Assembly: GCA_965644315.1 (NCBI GenBank)
Contig: CBFFRQ010000032.1
Location: forward strand, 768,682-832,681
Direction of reading: 5' to 3'
Length of the DNA stretch: 64,000 nucleotides
From: Caecitellus pseudoparvulus
Lineage: Eukaryota; Protista; Bigyra: Bicosoecida
Position numbers and translations under genes: made by a program. Each line of letters opens with the position of its first letter. The first letter of the stretch is position 1. Positions 37,501-49,000 of the stretch are shown here, piece after piece. The notes under the pieces are model-generated. The model was not told the origin of the DNA. It saw only the letters and a program-made list of their open reading frames with translations, and did no database searches.

Positions 37501-38608
37501 CTGCTACTGCCCCTCCGTTATCATGCGGTTGTGCTGCTTGTGCTGCTGCCCTCGGTGGTGCTGTGATGTGGTGAAGGAGATCCCGCACTCCACTGTGCGC
37601 TCGCGCCAGCGCCACTACTGCTGCGCTCGACTGTGTGCGCCCTGCATGCCCAAGCACCAAGACAAGCTGACCAAGCTCTTCACGGGGCCCGAGTTCCGCC
37701 TGTCTGTACGGTATGCCCAGCTTACAAACACCATCTTCGTGTGCCTGACCTTCGCCGCAGGCATGCCCATCCTTCTCCCCATCGGCTGCGCTTCGTTCAT
37801 TGTGTCATTCTACGTCGACAAGTACCTCTTCCTGCGCTTCTACCGCATTCCCCCGCACTACGACTCACGCATGGGCATGACCATGTCTGGCCTCTTTCCT
37901 TACGCCATCCTCCTGCACGTCGGCTGTGCTGCGTGGATGTACTCAAACAAAGCCATCTTCTCAAGTGCAGAGTACGTCCTGCAGCAAGTGCAAGACGGCG
38001 CTTTGTCTGCTGGTGGCGCCCTGGAGACTGCCACCCTGACGTACTCGGAGCGCCTGTCCCAACTGCACGTCATCCCCTTCATCGTCTTGTTCTTCGGCAT
38101 TTCCATTTTCCTTGTGGCTGTCAATGCCCTCGAGCAGGTGTCCTCGGCAGCAGGCAGGTGCCTGTCCATCATGACCTGTGGCTACTGCCAGGCCCACGCC
38201 GACTTTATGAGCCAGCTGGCGAAGAACAAGACCCCCCTGACGTTCACGCAGGCAACTGCCCCTGGCCCGAACAACACCCCCCCTAAGATGATTGGGACTG
38301 CCTCCTACAACATCCTCATGCAACCTCACTGCCAGGAAGCCTTTGCTCTCTCCACCGCCTTCGTGAGGGACAAGAAAGCCTTCAAGAACGTCGCAGACAT
38401 CGTGTTCGACGCCCTGCCCACGGAGGAGCGCCTGCGGGCTGAGCGGCAAGCCATCAAGGCGAAGGTGAAAGAAGGCCGCAAACAAAAGCAGCGCGATGTC
38501 ACGAAACAGCTCCGGGCGCAGAAACGCGCAGACAAGCGGGACCGTGCTGTGGCAGCCAAGATGGCGCACACAGCTGCGCTGAAGAAGTCGAAAGGGCGAA
38601 GGCGCTGA
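34559..38608 (+). CDS. OSCA/TMEM63 (CSC1)-like multi-pass ion channel
   Basis: Single 1349-aa ORF with about 10 hydrophobic segments. Family-type motifs: GISLYFKYIKW, DYAVAVRPLP, AFVVF, APDPSSIKWKNL, FINTAL, VDKYLFLRFY. Confidence 0.8.
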   Translation: MQANPMNREWTAPSPSRGAAEQARATPTSLSPAPEPTAAMAGHSRAESVEPVDFAVLQQASAAGSRGRVWQRQAAMDMLRGNGGNNSFDVSASYLGRTKAISKPVDVATTAILAKRLLARHRSKKAMREGGDSKGTPGVAGGEGEDESGWDEEEGQYSSGESEDYSEEEEEELELESGDEFEDDDGGVWVYSAREDAWTLANEEDEEEEYELDSDYEGAEEYGLDFGQAHDVEAPPTATHSAGPAVRAPIPPDSKVVANPVAPQVHPRQPPPPPNVNMYVPAGTAEGHYLPPQYFMAYQQRAVMDLVSSSARAREQTMQAVRAQASQSRRAPGIPAFTRQGTLDTGASADVDVAHADAAKVHPRVDVQGVPRKFPVCGTPTGRHCFRYVDEWFCCAVCGDTTSVSYLAEFGPGISLYFKYIKWLAWVFGLLSLVHLPAMVLNAIGPGATLGTAVGDLGVHSLTLGNLGDARNVTEIFLPLTTCGDRQCSLSKEDVAVLYSLCGLLGTVLMLVAYMWLRFFEAREQPLVDEDYITVDDYAVAVRPLPATADDVSLRKHFEKVTGHHVVEVNVARDESKLVRLAEQRGANIRKLVEVEEELLEASASGNRKAFRALQGRKAKILSLISKVDKAIGSERERHIGVLAQVARSGSPALLKSKSGLKGRWRGRGRALGAFVVFDTEAGREKALQLYRGSNLWCLRICQSEKLRYRPALRIAQDGKKTDLGGSSEACACCWKTSSGRMPIRVVPAPDPSSIKWKNLGANAWNRGARRCCTTLFALFAIALSFGLLVWASYRQQQVRETGGEAVCPEDRRVTLQDVQGNDELLHCYCSGLGARDLVQDSNCRGWVRERSLATAVQAISSASVVAVNLALATIMKRLTQFEKHHSMDSQSMSLSIRLFFSQFINTALVTVFVNADWTLIGVPVAPISQQYDDFSSAWYATVGAGIVLTMLLNIISPHAFPLARWAQRRCMTRVALGEPFCYCPSVIMRLCCLCCCPRWCCDVVKEIPHSTVRSRQRHYCCARLCAPCMPKHQDKLTKLFTGPEFRLSVRYAQLTNTIFVCLTFAAGMPILLPIGCASFIVSFYVDKYLFLRFYRIPPHYDSRMGMTMSGLFPYAILLHVGCAAWMYSNKAIFSSAEYVLQQVQDGALSAGGALETATLTYSERLSQLHVIPFIVLFFGISIFLVAVNALEQVSSAAGRCLSIMTCGYCQAHADFMSQLAKNKTPLTFTQATAPGPNNTPPKMIGTASYNILMQPHCQEAFALSTAFVRDKKAFKNVADIVFDALPTEERLRAERQAIKAKVKEGRKQKQRDVTKQLRAQKRADKRDRAVAAKMAHTAALKKSKGRRR

Positions 38609-38657
38609 GGGGGCGTGAAGGGAACCACTTGATACTGAAAGTTGCAGTGTTTTCCTT

Positions 38658-39630
38658 CTATGAATGCAGTGTTTCGTGCTCTGACGGCAGCGCGGGCGAG
38701 TCCAGCCGCCCCAAGCACACGATGTCACGACCCACCTTGAACGTCGTCAGGCCTCGGGAAGCAGGTGAAGCTGCGGGGGGACCTACGGGAACAAGGCCCA
38801 AAAAGTGACTGGATGGAAGTGGCTTGCCTTGTGCTGGCCACTTGCTCGCAAGGGGGGACGATGGAGCCCGAATGCCGCCAACAAAGACAGGTGCAACAGT
38901 GACGGCCACCAACTGCACGAGCTGTGGCTGAAGCGCAGCCTGCTGCAGCAAGCTTGTGATAAGACCAGCCCCACCTTCCACCATGATTGACCAAAGCCCC
39001 AATGCACGCAACGAGTCCCAGATGCTCGCAAATTGCGCGTGTCCATCCTCGTCCATGCGCACGCCGACACAGGTTGCCCCTGCAGCCACCAACGCGCGCG
39101 CCCGGGCTTGTGAGGCGCCATCCACGTCCTTACCATGCAGCACAACGACCTGACGTCCTGCTTCCCTGGCGATACGCAGCAGACGTGCCGTTGGGGGCAG
39201 GCGAAGGTCGCGGTCAAGCACCACTGGCACTGGGCTCGGACCTGGCACCAGTCTACAGGTCAAGCTGGGGTCATCTGCAAGTGCCGTGCCAATGCCGATA
39301 AGAATAGCATCATGCATCGCACGCATTCCATGTGTCACCTTTAGTGATTCGTCACAGGACAGTGCGATCATCTTCCCTGCGTGGTTGGGAACCGCGAGGC
39401 TGGCTCGCTCGCGTGGCGTTTCGGTTGCGAAACGCCAGCAGCTCCAAGTGCCGACAGCGCAGCCACACACCAGCCTCGTCGCTGATAGAGCCATCCAGGG
39501 ACTGTGCATAGGTGAGTGTGACAAAGTGATCTGCCTTGGTTTCCTTGCACTTTGCCATGAGGGCAGAGAGTCTTCTCAATACATCTTGCCCGCCCTCGGC
39601 CTCATGAGACTTGGCACCCTCTGCAGCCAT
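38658..39630 (-). CDS. RibD C-terminal domain pyrimidine reductase (RIB7-like, riboflavin biosynthesis), 1 intron
   Basis: Motifs FVTLTYAQSLDGSI, HGMRAMHDAILIGIGTALADDPSLTCR, PVVLD, SIMVEGG and VAPVFVGG. Confidence 0.88.
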
Positions 39631-40001
39631 CGTGCTGCTGCAGGTGCACAACCACGCGGCCACACACAGCATGGGAGGAAAGAGAGCGATGCATTGACCA
39701 ATAGATCAAAGGAGGGAAGGCGCAATTTGGCATAAGCCGATCTGCAGCCGCCCACGGTCATCATTCACATGGACAGAAGCTGCGTGCAGCTGCACACAGC
39801 CAACAGCGAGGGTAGAGCCCCTGCTTGCACAGGAGCCCTTCAAGAGGCGCCTACTTAAAGGCGATTCCAGGCCAAAGGCGGCCTGTCGAGCAGGCCACTT
39901 TTGGCGGCACATCACCTGGCGCCCGAGAGCCCGTCAAGCACGGAAACTCGGGCGCCAGTGTGCAGGTCGAAGAGGGAGTCCGGGGGAGGAGCCGTACACG
40001 C

Positions 40002-43000
40002 TCACTCTTCCTCCTCGTCACCCTCCGCGATGGTGTCTGGGCGAGAAGTCGCCGCGTCGGTTGCGACAGCATCGGCAACCTCAGCGTCCCACATCATGAA
40101 CCCTTCGGCGTCGAAGCCAGAGGGCATGTCGTACGTTGACTCGGCGGTGTCGTTGTTGTAGTACCACACAGAGCCTTCTGCGTTGCGCATGCGGGTCCAG
40201 GAGCCCCAGGTGGCGTCATCCTCCCCGCGCTCACTGGCCAGCAGCGCTACGGAGGCCCGGCGGGCCTTCTTCTTGGGGGTGGCTCCCGGGCTGCCAGCGG
40301 CGGCGGCGCCCGCCTTGGACTCGCTTGCGGCAGGGGAGGCGCCGGGAGACGCAAAGCTGCCGCTGCGAGCCAACATGGGGTTCTTGCGGTTCACGACCGC
40401 CTCCTTGGACAAGTGCTGCGGCTCCACGCTGGCATCCTTGGAAGCCTTGCTGGCAGCCACGGCAGCGGACACCTCCTCCACGCCAGCTGGGCCGTCCTCC
40501 TCGTCCACCTTGTTCAGGCCCAGTGCGCGCTGCAGGATGGAGCGGCGCTTGCCGTTCTTGCCGCGTGTGGAGGCAGAGGCACGGCGTGCCTCCTCCTGGG
40601 AGTCCTTGAGGGCCACTACCTCCATGCTGAGCTCAGCGAGGTTGGAGTCGATGTCCTTGGCTTGCTCCCGCACCATCTCCCACTGGGCCTTGCTTGGCAC
40701 GCCGTCTGACTTGAGGATCTCGTCCAGGCGGGCGCGCTCAGCCCGCATGGTGGCGCGCATGGCCATGGGGTTCATCTGCATGCCGCCGCCCTCCAGCTCC
40801 TCGTCCAGCATGGCGGCCGCCTTCAGCTGCTTGCCGCTGGGCTTGCCCTTCTTCCCGTCAGCCTTGGACTTGGAGGCGCACATGGTCTGGCAGTTGGTGC
40901 CGCCGAAGGTCGTGTACAGCTCGAAGCCGAAGACAGTGAAGAAGTAGATCAGGGATGCGAAGATGACCATCGCCACCAGCACCGTCAGCGCCTGGCGCTG
41001 CACCTGGTAGATGGGGCTGTTGTCGTCGCCGGTCTGGAACATGATACCGGACAGGGTCACGAAGCAGCCGCACGCCAGCAGCACTGCCTCCATGGTGTTG
41101 TAGTCGAAGAGGTAGTCCTGCTGCACAGAGCCCTTGGACTTCATGACGGCCTCCATGTTGCCGTTGCCTCGCATGCGGGCCTTCTGGCGGTCATTGGCGT
41201 TGCGCAGGGCAGTCTCGTAGGCAGCCTTGATGGCCTGGTGCTTCTTGTTGCCCTCCTTCACCTTGGACTGATGGTGCAGGATGATGCCACGGCGTTCGGC
41301 CATGGACATGAACGGGTTGTGGCGCACTTGCAGGGAGAAGCAGAAGAAGAGGACGAGGAAGGCCACTGCCATCTGGAACGACGGTGTGCGGCGGAACAGG
41401 AGGGCTGTCAGGGCAATGCAGAACTTGCGGAAGATGATGGCCAGGAGCCAGTACCACTTGCCGGGCTTGAAGTGGTAGTACAGCTTGTGGTACATGAGGC
41501 GGAAGGAGTGGTGGGGGTTGGTGGACTTGATGTCCCCGATACCCATCGCGCGCAGGAGCTGGTCGGTCTTGACCTTGTCTTTGTTGCGGCTCAAGTGCCA
41601 GTACACGAACACGGGGTACGCGATGGTGTACGCGGGCAGGGCAAAGAAGAGCGCCGGGTAGAAGAAGACGTTGTGCTCTGGAGAGTAGCACTCAATGAAG
41701 TCCACCTCCAGGTACAGCTTGCCGTCACTGGGGTCTGTAGGCTGGCAGTTGAACGCGTCAAAGGTCGTGCGGGTGAGCAGCAGGTACAGGTAGTACATCA
41801 TGAGCTGCCCCATGGCGACGAGGGTAGGAGTGTGCGTGCCACGATGCTTGGCAGCCTTGTGCATGATGCGGTCAAAGGCCGTCTTAACCAGGTAAATGAG
41901 CAGCAGCATGGCGCCCAGGAACAGGGGCAGGGACTCGATGACAAACCACTTCTGGGCGTACTTCACGTCAGGGATGGCACACTCGGGCGCAGTGATGTCC
42001 AGGTTGATCTGGAAAATGGACAGAATGCGGTACAGGTCCCGCAGGAACTGGGGCCACTCCACACGAGCGTTGGCGAACATGCCCAGCACCTGGAAGTAAT
42101 CCACACCGATGGAGATGAAGGCCAGGTGCACCTTGTATCGGTTCAGGACGTACCCGACGCAGCACAGGACAACAAGGCCCACGACGAAGAGCGTGATGAA
42201 CAGCCATGCCATGTCTGGGCAGGCCACACACAGACCAGCGACGCGGTAGAACCGCTCCGCACACTGCGAGCATCGCACGCCGGTGTACTCCGGGGCGCAC
42301 TCGTTTGCACCCAAGCAAGACTCCGCCGGCTCGCACGGGACGAGGTCGAAGCAGGTGGTGTTGTAAGGGTACGGGCGCTCGGAGCGGCCGCACTCGGGGT
42401 TGCCCATCTCGGCATCCAGACTGTACCAGCCTGGGATGGACTCAGGCTCGGAGAAGTCGGTGCAAATGGAGCCGCTGGAGGCTAGGCAGGCAGCCTGGCA
42501 CTCCGCACCCTGAGGGCACGGCAGGCACTCCTCACCCAGCTGGCCGTAGAAGCCGAACTGGCAATGGTACTGCACCTTGAAAACGGTGTCCACGCGGCCA
42601 GCTGCGATGTCGTCGGCGATGTACATGCCAGGCTCCAGACCCAAGCCCTCGCTCTCCTCTTCGTCCTGCAGAACACGCGGGAAGGCAGCTCGGGACAGCT
42701 CACGGCGCCCGTCCAGGTTGCTCACGTCCACATCCACGTCTGCGCCGGAATGCACCTCGGTCAGGGACATGGAGAGCACGCCCTCGCTCAAGACACGGAT
42801 GTTCAAATGCATGAAGCCGCCCTCTGTGGCGCCCAGCAAAGCTGCCACGCCCGCGGGGTGCAGCACTCGGCCGGCGCCATCAAGGGCTGTCACGTTGCTG
42901 TTGGCATCCAGCGTGCTCTGGATGAGCGCGGCGGCAGTTGGAGAACCGACGCCGGTGCCCTGGAAGGTCACAGAGCCCATGGCGGACACGTTCGGGAAAG

Positions 43001-46000
43001 TGATGTTGCTGTACCCAGCAGCGGTGATGCTGACAACCTTGGGCCCAACAGTCGCAGGCGGCGTGTCACACTCCAACAGGTTGGAGGTGTTCAGTGACAG
43101 GCCCGTGCACTCCTGCTCTCCGATGAGCACCCGCAGAGGCAGGTCCAGAGAGGAGTGGCCGAAGTCTGCGCCCTGCAAGTGCCAGTTGCTCATACCAGTG
43201 GCGTCGGGTGTGTTGGGGCGGGAGGAACGCATGTACGGGGTGTTGAAGCTCTGCGTGGTGCTGACCGTGCCGGTGCCGTCCACATCCAGCACCAGCGGGT
43301 TGTCTCGCCCGAAACCAGGGTCCAGCTTGCAGAAGTAGTACTCGTGCGTGTAAGGCTCGGGCGTGTTGGACTTGAGCGGCGGGTCGGTGTCAAAGGGGTT
43401 CTCCCTGTGCAGGTACCACTGGCTCCACTGCGTCTCCATGTCGGATCGCCAAATGGTGCTGACATCCCGGCACGGCGCGAGGATGTCTGCGTTGTTGTCG
43501 TCCTTGGCCCCGTTCACGTTGGCCAGCACTCGCAGGCCGTCCACGTCGCCGTCTTCCTCGTCCAGCACCTTCACCACCAAGCGGGCCAAGTCTGCCACGT
43601 GTGCGTCAGCACCACCCACCCGGACGTTGTAGGAGAAGGACCCTGCAGCGCTGCTGAGCAGGCTCACCTGGTCCTCTGCAATGACGTTCTCGCGGCGGCC
43701 GAAGTTGGAGCCGAGCAGCTTCACAATGTAGCCCTTGGTGGGCCCAGTGGGGGGCTCCTGCCCCGTCACAACCGGCGGCATCACGGACACAGGCATGGGC
43801 AGCGTTACACGCTGGTTGCCGACATGCAGCACAACATTGCGAGGGGGGCCCTGCACATGCGGCGCGAGGAACTGGATGAAAGTGGAGTTGTGCGTCACCC
43901 ACACAGACCCGCGGTGCAGGGGGGCTGCCACTGCATCGCCCAGGTTGAAGGGGTCAGGGATCATGTAAGACAGGTGGCGGTCAGAGGGGGACTCCAGCAC
44001 CAACGCCTGCAGGTCACCCTGGGGCAAGCTCTCGGGCAGGAAGTTCTCGCCCGTGATGGTGACCAAGGTGCCTGCGCGAGTGGGCCACTGGGTGGGCCAC
44101 ATAGAGTGCACCAGCGGGGCGCCATAGTTGATGACGGCGGCAGGGTCGTTGGGAACAGAGTCCACTCCCACAGTCGTCACGTAGGCAACCAGTCCCTGCC
44201 CCACGCCTGGAGGCAAGAGGCAGGAAATGTTCGTGTGGTCTGTGACCAGCGTGACGGGTCCGCAGTTCACAATGCGGCTATCACCAGGAGCGCGGAACCA
44301 CACCGACAGCAGGCTTTCGTCATCGCCAAAGTTCACGCCCGTCACAAACACAACGCCACCATCCGTGCCAATCGTATCGGTGCCAGTGCTGGCTGCCTGC
44401 ACAGCGAGCACTCTGGGTTGCTCATAGCGCACATCGATGTAGTTCAGGTCGCCGGTGTAGCCACCGACACCAAAAGCCATGGTGTACACGCTGGCTGCGT
44501 TGCCAGCGGGCAGACGAAGCTGCTGGCTGGTGTGGCTGTGGGGCAGGGACACTGAGGCGGCCTTCAGGCAGATGTCACCAGGCCCGGGCGGCGTGTCACG
44601 AGGGCGCAGCAGGGCGAAGGACGTCACGCCGGAGCCAGCGCAGAAAGTGCCGCCGCTCGTGAAGCCGTCCTCGCCGAAATTGTCGCCAACAAGGGTCACG
44701 ATGCCACCAGCGGTGGGCAGGCGCACGCTGAGACGGCCAGCGGACGGGATGGTGTCCAGCGTCAAGTTCGCAGTGGACACTCCGGGGTAGTACAGACTCA
44801 CTGCGCCGTGGTCAGCCACAGAGAAAGGCGTGGACACGGTGCGAGGTGAGCCGATGGCGGCTCCCGATGCATCCACCATCATCGTCACTTGCGACACGGA
44901 GGGCTTAGCGTACAGAACTGGGCAGCCGCGCTGGTCGGTCATGCCTCCAGCCTTAATGTGCACCGTCACATCGCCACCTTGGCCCTCAGGAGGGTGGCAG
45001 CGGGTGAAGCAGATGCTCTGGCCGTCTTCCACGCCAATCACAGTCGTGGGACGGGAGTCGCTGGCATCCACCGGTGTGCACTCACGCGTGGTCTGGCTGG
45101 AAGACGCGAACGACGTGCTAGAGAAGCGGAGGGAGACAGACACATCACGGCTGCACAGCCCAGTACCAGTGATGTTGAGCACATCGCGGCCCGAGATGGG
45201 CAGCGTGTTGCCTGCTGTCTGCAGGTCCGCATCAAGCAGGCGAGCGCAGTCACCCTCGCGCAGTGCTGGTGCGATGTCGCGGAACAGGACGCTGCCCACC
45301 TGGTTGCCGATGGTCACTGTGAGGTTTCCCACTGGGGCTGCCGCCACCCAGAACACGACCTCAAAGGGGGTCCACTTGCGCACGCGGTCCCGGGGAATGG
45401 CGAAGCCCCAGTCTGGGTGTGCCTGGTCATAGCCAGTGTACGCAGGAAGAGAGCCCATGTAGTTGTTGTCGCGGTCAGTGCCCGGAGGTGGGTCGTGGTC
45501 GACAAAGATCTGCCCGCACAGCTCCAGGGGGCTGCTGGTTGACCGTGGCACAGAGAGACGGGGTGCGGAGTCACCACTCTCGATCGTGGCGCCGGCCAGG
45601 CCGGGAGGGGGCTGGCAGAAAGCGCCCGTGCCAGATCGCAGAGTGATCTCCAGCTGGCCAGGAGCAGTCTTGTTCGTGGACAGAGAGAAGTCAAAGCGGG
45701 TGAAGTCCGGAGCAGCGTAGGCAAAGGTCAAGTCGTTGGAGTACTTGGGCAGCGACAGCAGGTTCGACACACGCACAATGAGCCGGTGGCCGGAGCCATG
45801 GCCGCCTGGCTTTACAAACTCAATGACCTCCTTGTCCTCGGCGGCGTCATACCACATGTCGCTGGGGGGGATTTCCAGATCCCCGAACAGCACCGTGTGG
45901 TTCGCAAACTCGTCCAGGATGCCGAAGCCGCTTCCGACGATGCGGATGATCTCGCCGTCCGCAGCCGTTGAGCGCAGAGGGGCTGTGCCAGTGATGGTGC

Positions 46001-49000
46001 GGGACAGGGCCACGCTCTGCCCAGCTTCCGTGAGCCGGGAACCAGCATCCAGCCGGTCGATGTGAGGTGACTGGTAGTGGAACGCTGAATGGGACGTGGT
46101 GTGCTCGTTCACTTGGCCACGGATAGAGACAAACCAGTAGTATGGTCCGCCTGTGCTTGCCCGGGATGTGCACTCAATGCTGTCGTGGGACACCACGACA
46201 CAGTCCTTCACCTCATAGTAATCAGAGCCGAGCTGAGAGCTGGGGCCCATGCGCACCCAGTCAAGGAAGGCGTCAGTGATCAAAGGTACGTGGGCCATCT
46301 GGTACGCAAAGTCTGGGCCAAAGTTGGACCCATTCAGGATCAGGGACTGGCCACCTTGGGAGTGAGCAAGCACTCCGCCCGAGCTGAACGCTACACCAGT
46401 GTCCTTGAACATGAAATCCACCAGCGTGGGCGACTCGTAAGAGGTCGTGACGTCAGAGCTGAGCAAACCGTCGATGGTCAGCTCCCAGCGCAGGCCACTC
46501 CCGGCACCAGGACCAGTCATGCAGCTCACCTGGGTGTGAGCCACAGTCACGGAGCAGTTCACGGCCTGGAAAATGGGCGGGCAGCGCACCGTCGGGTCGG
46601 CACGGCAGAGCTTGCGCTGCTCCTCGTCCTGGTACTCCACCTTGTCGATGTTATCAGAGCCCAGGGGGCCAAAATGCTGGCCAGTGAGGATGACCTCCTG
46701 GCCACCCTGCGTGTCAGCATCTGACGCGCCAGCGCCAGTGTAGTTGGCGATGACGGGGACATGGTAGCTGTGGTTGGTCGGGAAGAGTCCGTTCTGGTTG
46801 ATGATGGGCTGGTCCACCACGGTCACAGCAAAGACCCAGTCCTTTCCAGTGCCGACGTTGGTGAGGCAGCGCACTTGGGCAGTGCTGACAGACACCGCAC
46901 AGCCCTGTGCAGTGAAGCGAGCAGGGTTGCTGGATGGCCCATACGTGACCTCAATGCGGGTGTCACGCGCGGCAGGCAACCACTGGCCGTCCAGGTAAAT
47001 GAGATCGCCGCCTTCCGTGCGAGCCTCATGCAAGGCTTCGCCTGAGATGGACGTGATGACCGGTGGTCGGTAATGCAGCGTCACATTGCGCCCCACCAGC
47101 AGCTCGCTCTGCTGCTGGGCGATGGTCACTTGCAAACTCAGGGCCTGGCCACCACCCACAACGGAGGTGCACCGAATCAGCTCATGGGGCACCACAACGC
47201 GGCAGGACGCCGCGGAGTACACGTACTCGCCAGTCTCGGCAACCGCCCCAGCGGGGGCGGAGGCGGACAGTGGAGCCCCCGTGTCTCCCATGGCGGTGGA
47301 CACCACAGCGCCGCCAGTGCCGAACAAACGGAAGTACCTCACAATGGGCACGAAAGCTGCGTCAGCTGACAGGTCTTCTCCAAAGTTGGAGCCTGAAACC
47401 ACGAACACGTCACCACCCTCAGCGTCTAACACTTGGTCGGGCACAGAGGTGGGGAAGTTGGAGAAGGGCACGAAAGAAGCAGCTCGCGACACGACTCGCA
47501 CACCAGTCACCTGAGGGGATCCGTACCGGCTGCCAGTGGCACCCTCCGTATAGACGGGAGACCACTTCGCAGAGGACGCGAGAGTCCAGCTCAGTTCCCC
47601 GCCCACACCGGGCGCCGTCGTGCAGGAAGCGGCGGTGAACGCCGTGGTCACGGTGCACGCCGTGGCGTGGAACTTATGCACCTTGCCAGCAGGTCCATAG
47701 GACACGAACACCTCCTCGCCCAAGTCGGGGAACTGCGTCCCCGTCAACACGACAGTTTCACCGCCTCGAGTGTTCATGCCGATGTGCGTTCCTGAGACGC
47801 CAGTGATGGTGGGGCGTCGGTACTGCCCAACATACCCACCGAGGCTAAGTGTGTCTGGCTCAGTGGCGCCGGGTAGGGTGACTCGCAACTCGAATGCGAG
47901 GTCGCCGGCTGCACCCGGAACGGTTGTGCAGTTGATCTGGGTGTTGGTCACAGTCTGAACGCAAGGGAAGACATATGACTCGGAGTAATCCACAGCAGGA
48001 TCAAATGTGCGCAGAGGGGGGCTGTCAGCAGGGCGCCGAGTCCCGGTGGCATGAAGCTCGATGACAGCGCCCGGGATGGAAACCATGCCCAGGTTGCTGC
48101 CCGTGAGTGTGAGAGTATCTCCGCCGTCGACGCTCAGGCTGTCGTACGGGCCCGTCATGCTGGATACGTGCACGTCATTGGTGTTGATGACGTTGATGTT
48201 CACGACGATGTCAAGGACCTCACCGCCACCGTCCATAAGACGCACACCCAAGTTGTAAGAAGGGTGCAACTCGTAGTCAAGCTCGGGCGCTGCGAGTTTG
48301 ATCAAGCCTTCAACGTCGGCGTTCGCCGTCTCAGCCTCGATGGACCAGACGTTGTCAGAGTTACCTGAAGTGATGGTGTAGTTCAGTGTGCCCCATCCGT
48401 TGAGGGTGTCGAGCACATCAGGGTCTCGGCCGGCCACGGTGGCGACCGTCACACCAAACTGCACGCGAGACACGTTGGCCGTGGCGAGAGGGGTGCCCTC
48501 GAACAAGGTCACGTCCCCATCCACGGTAGTCGTTGTGGACACACTTGCGCTGGGCTGCAGAGTCACTGTGGGGGCTTCGTTCTCGTCCACGATCTGGATG
48601 GCCATGGTCTGTGTATCATTCAGTCCGCCCTTGTCCTCGACGACAATGGTGAAGGTGTACCCCTGCACCTGCTCGTAGTCGATGGCAGCGCCAGCAGACA
48701 CCAAGGAGATCTGGCCACTCGTAGACAAATTAAACACGCCTGTGTTCAGGTTGGGGGAGGACCATGACTGGGTCTCCATGCCCGGGTCATCAGGGTCTGA
48801 GCGCGTGGCCTGTCCCACGATGTGGCTCGCAGCCGAGGTCTCGGGCAGCAGGAACGGGGTGGACGCGTCCACGATGGAGGGGGCCTCGTTGACATCCGTA
48901 ACGGTTACAGTCACAATGCTGAAGTTGGAGGCAGGCGTAGGGTTCGTGTCCGAAGCACGCACCGTCAGCACATACGTTTCGTCAGCCTCGTGATCCAGGG

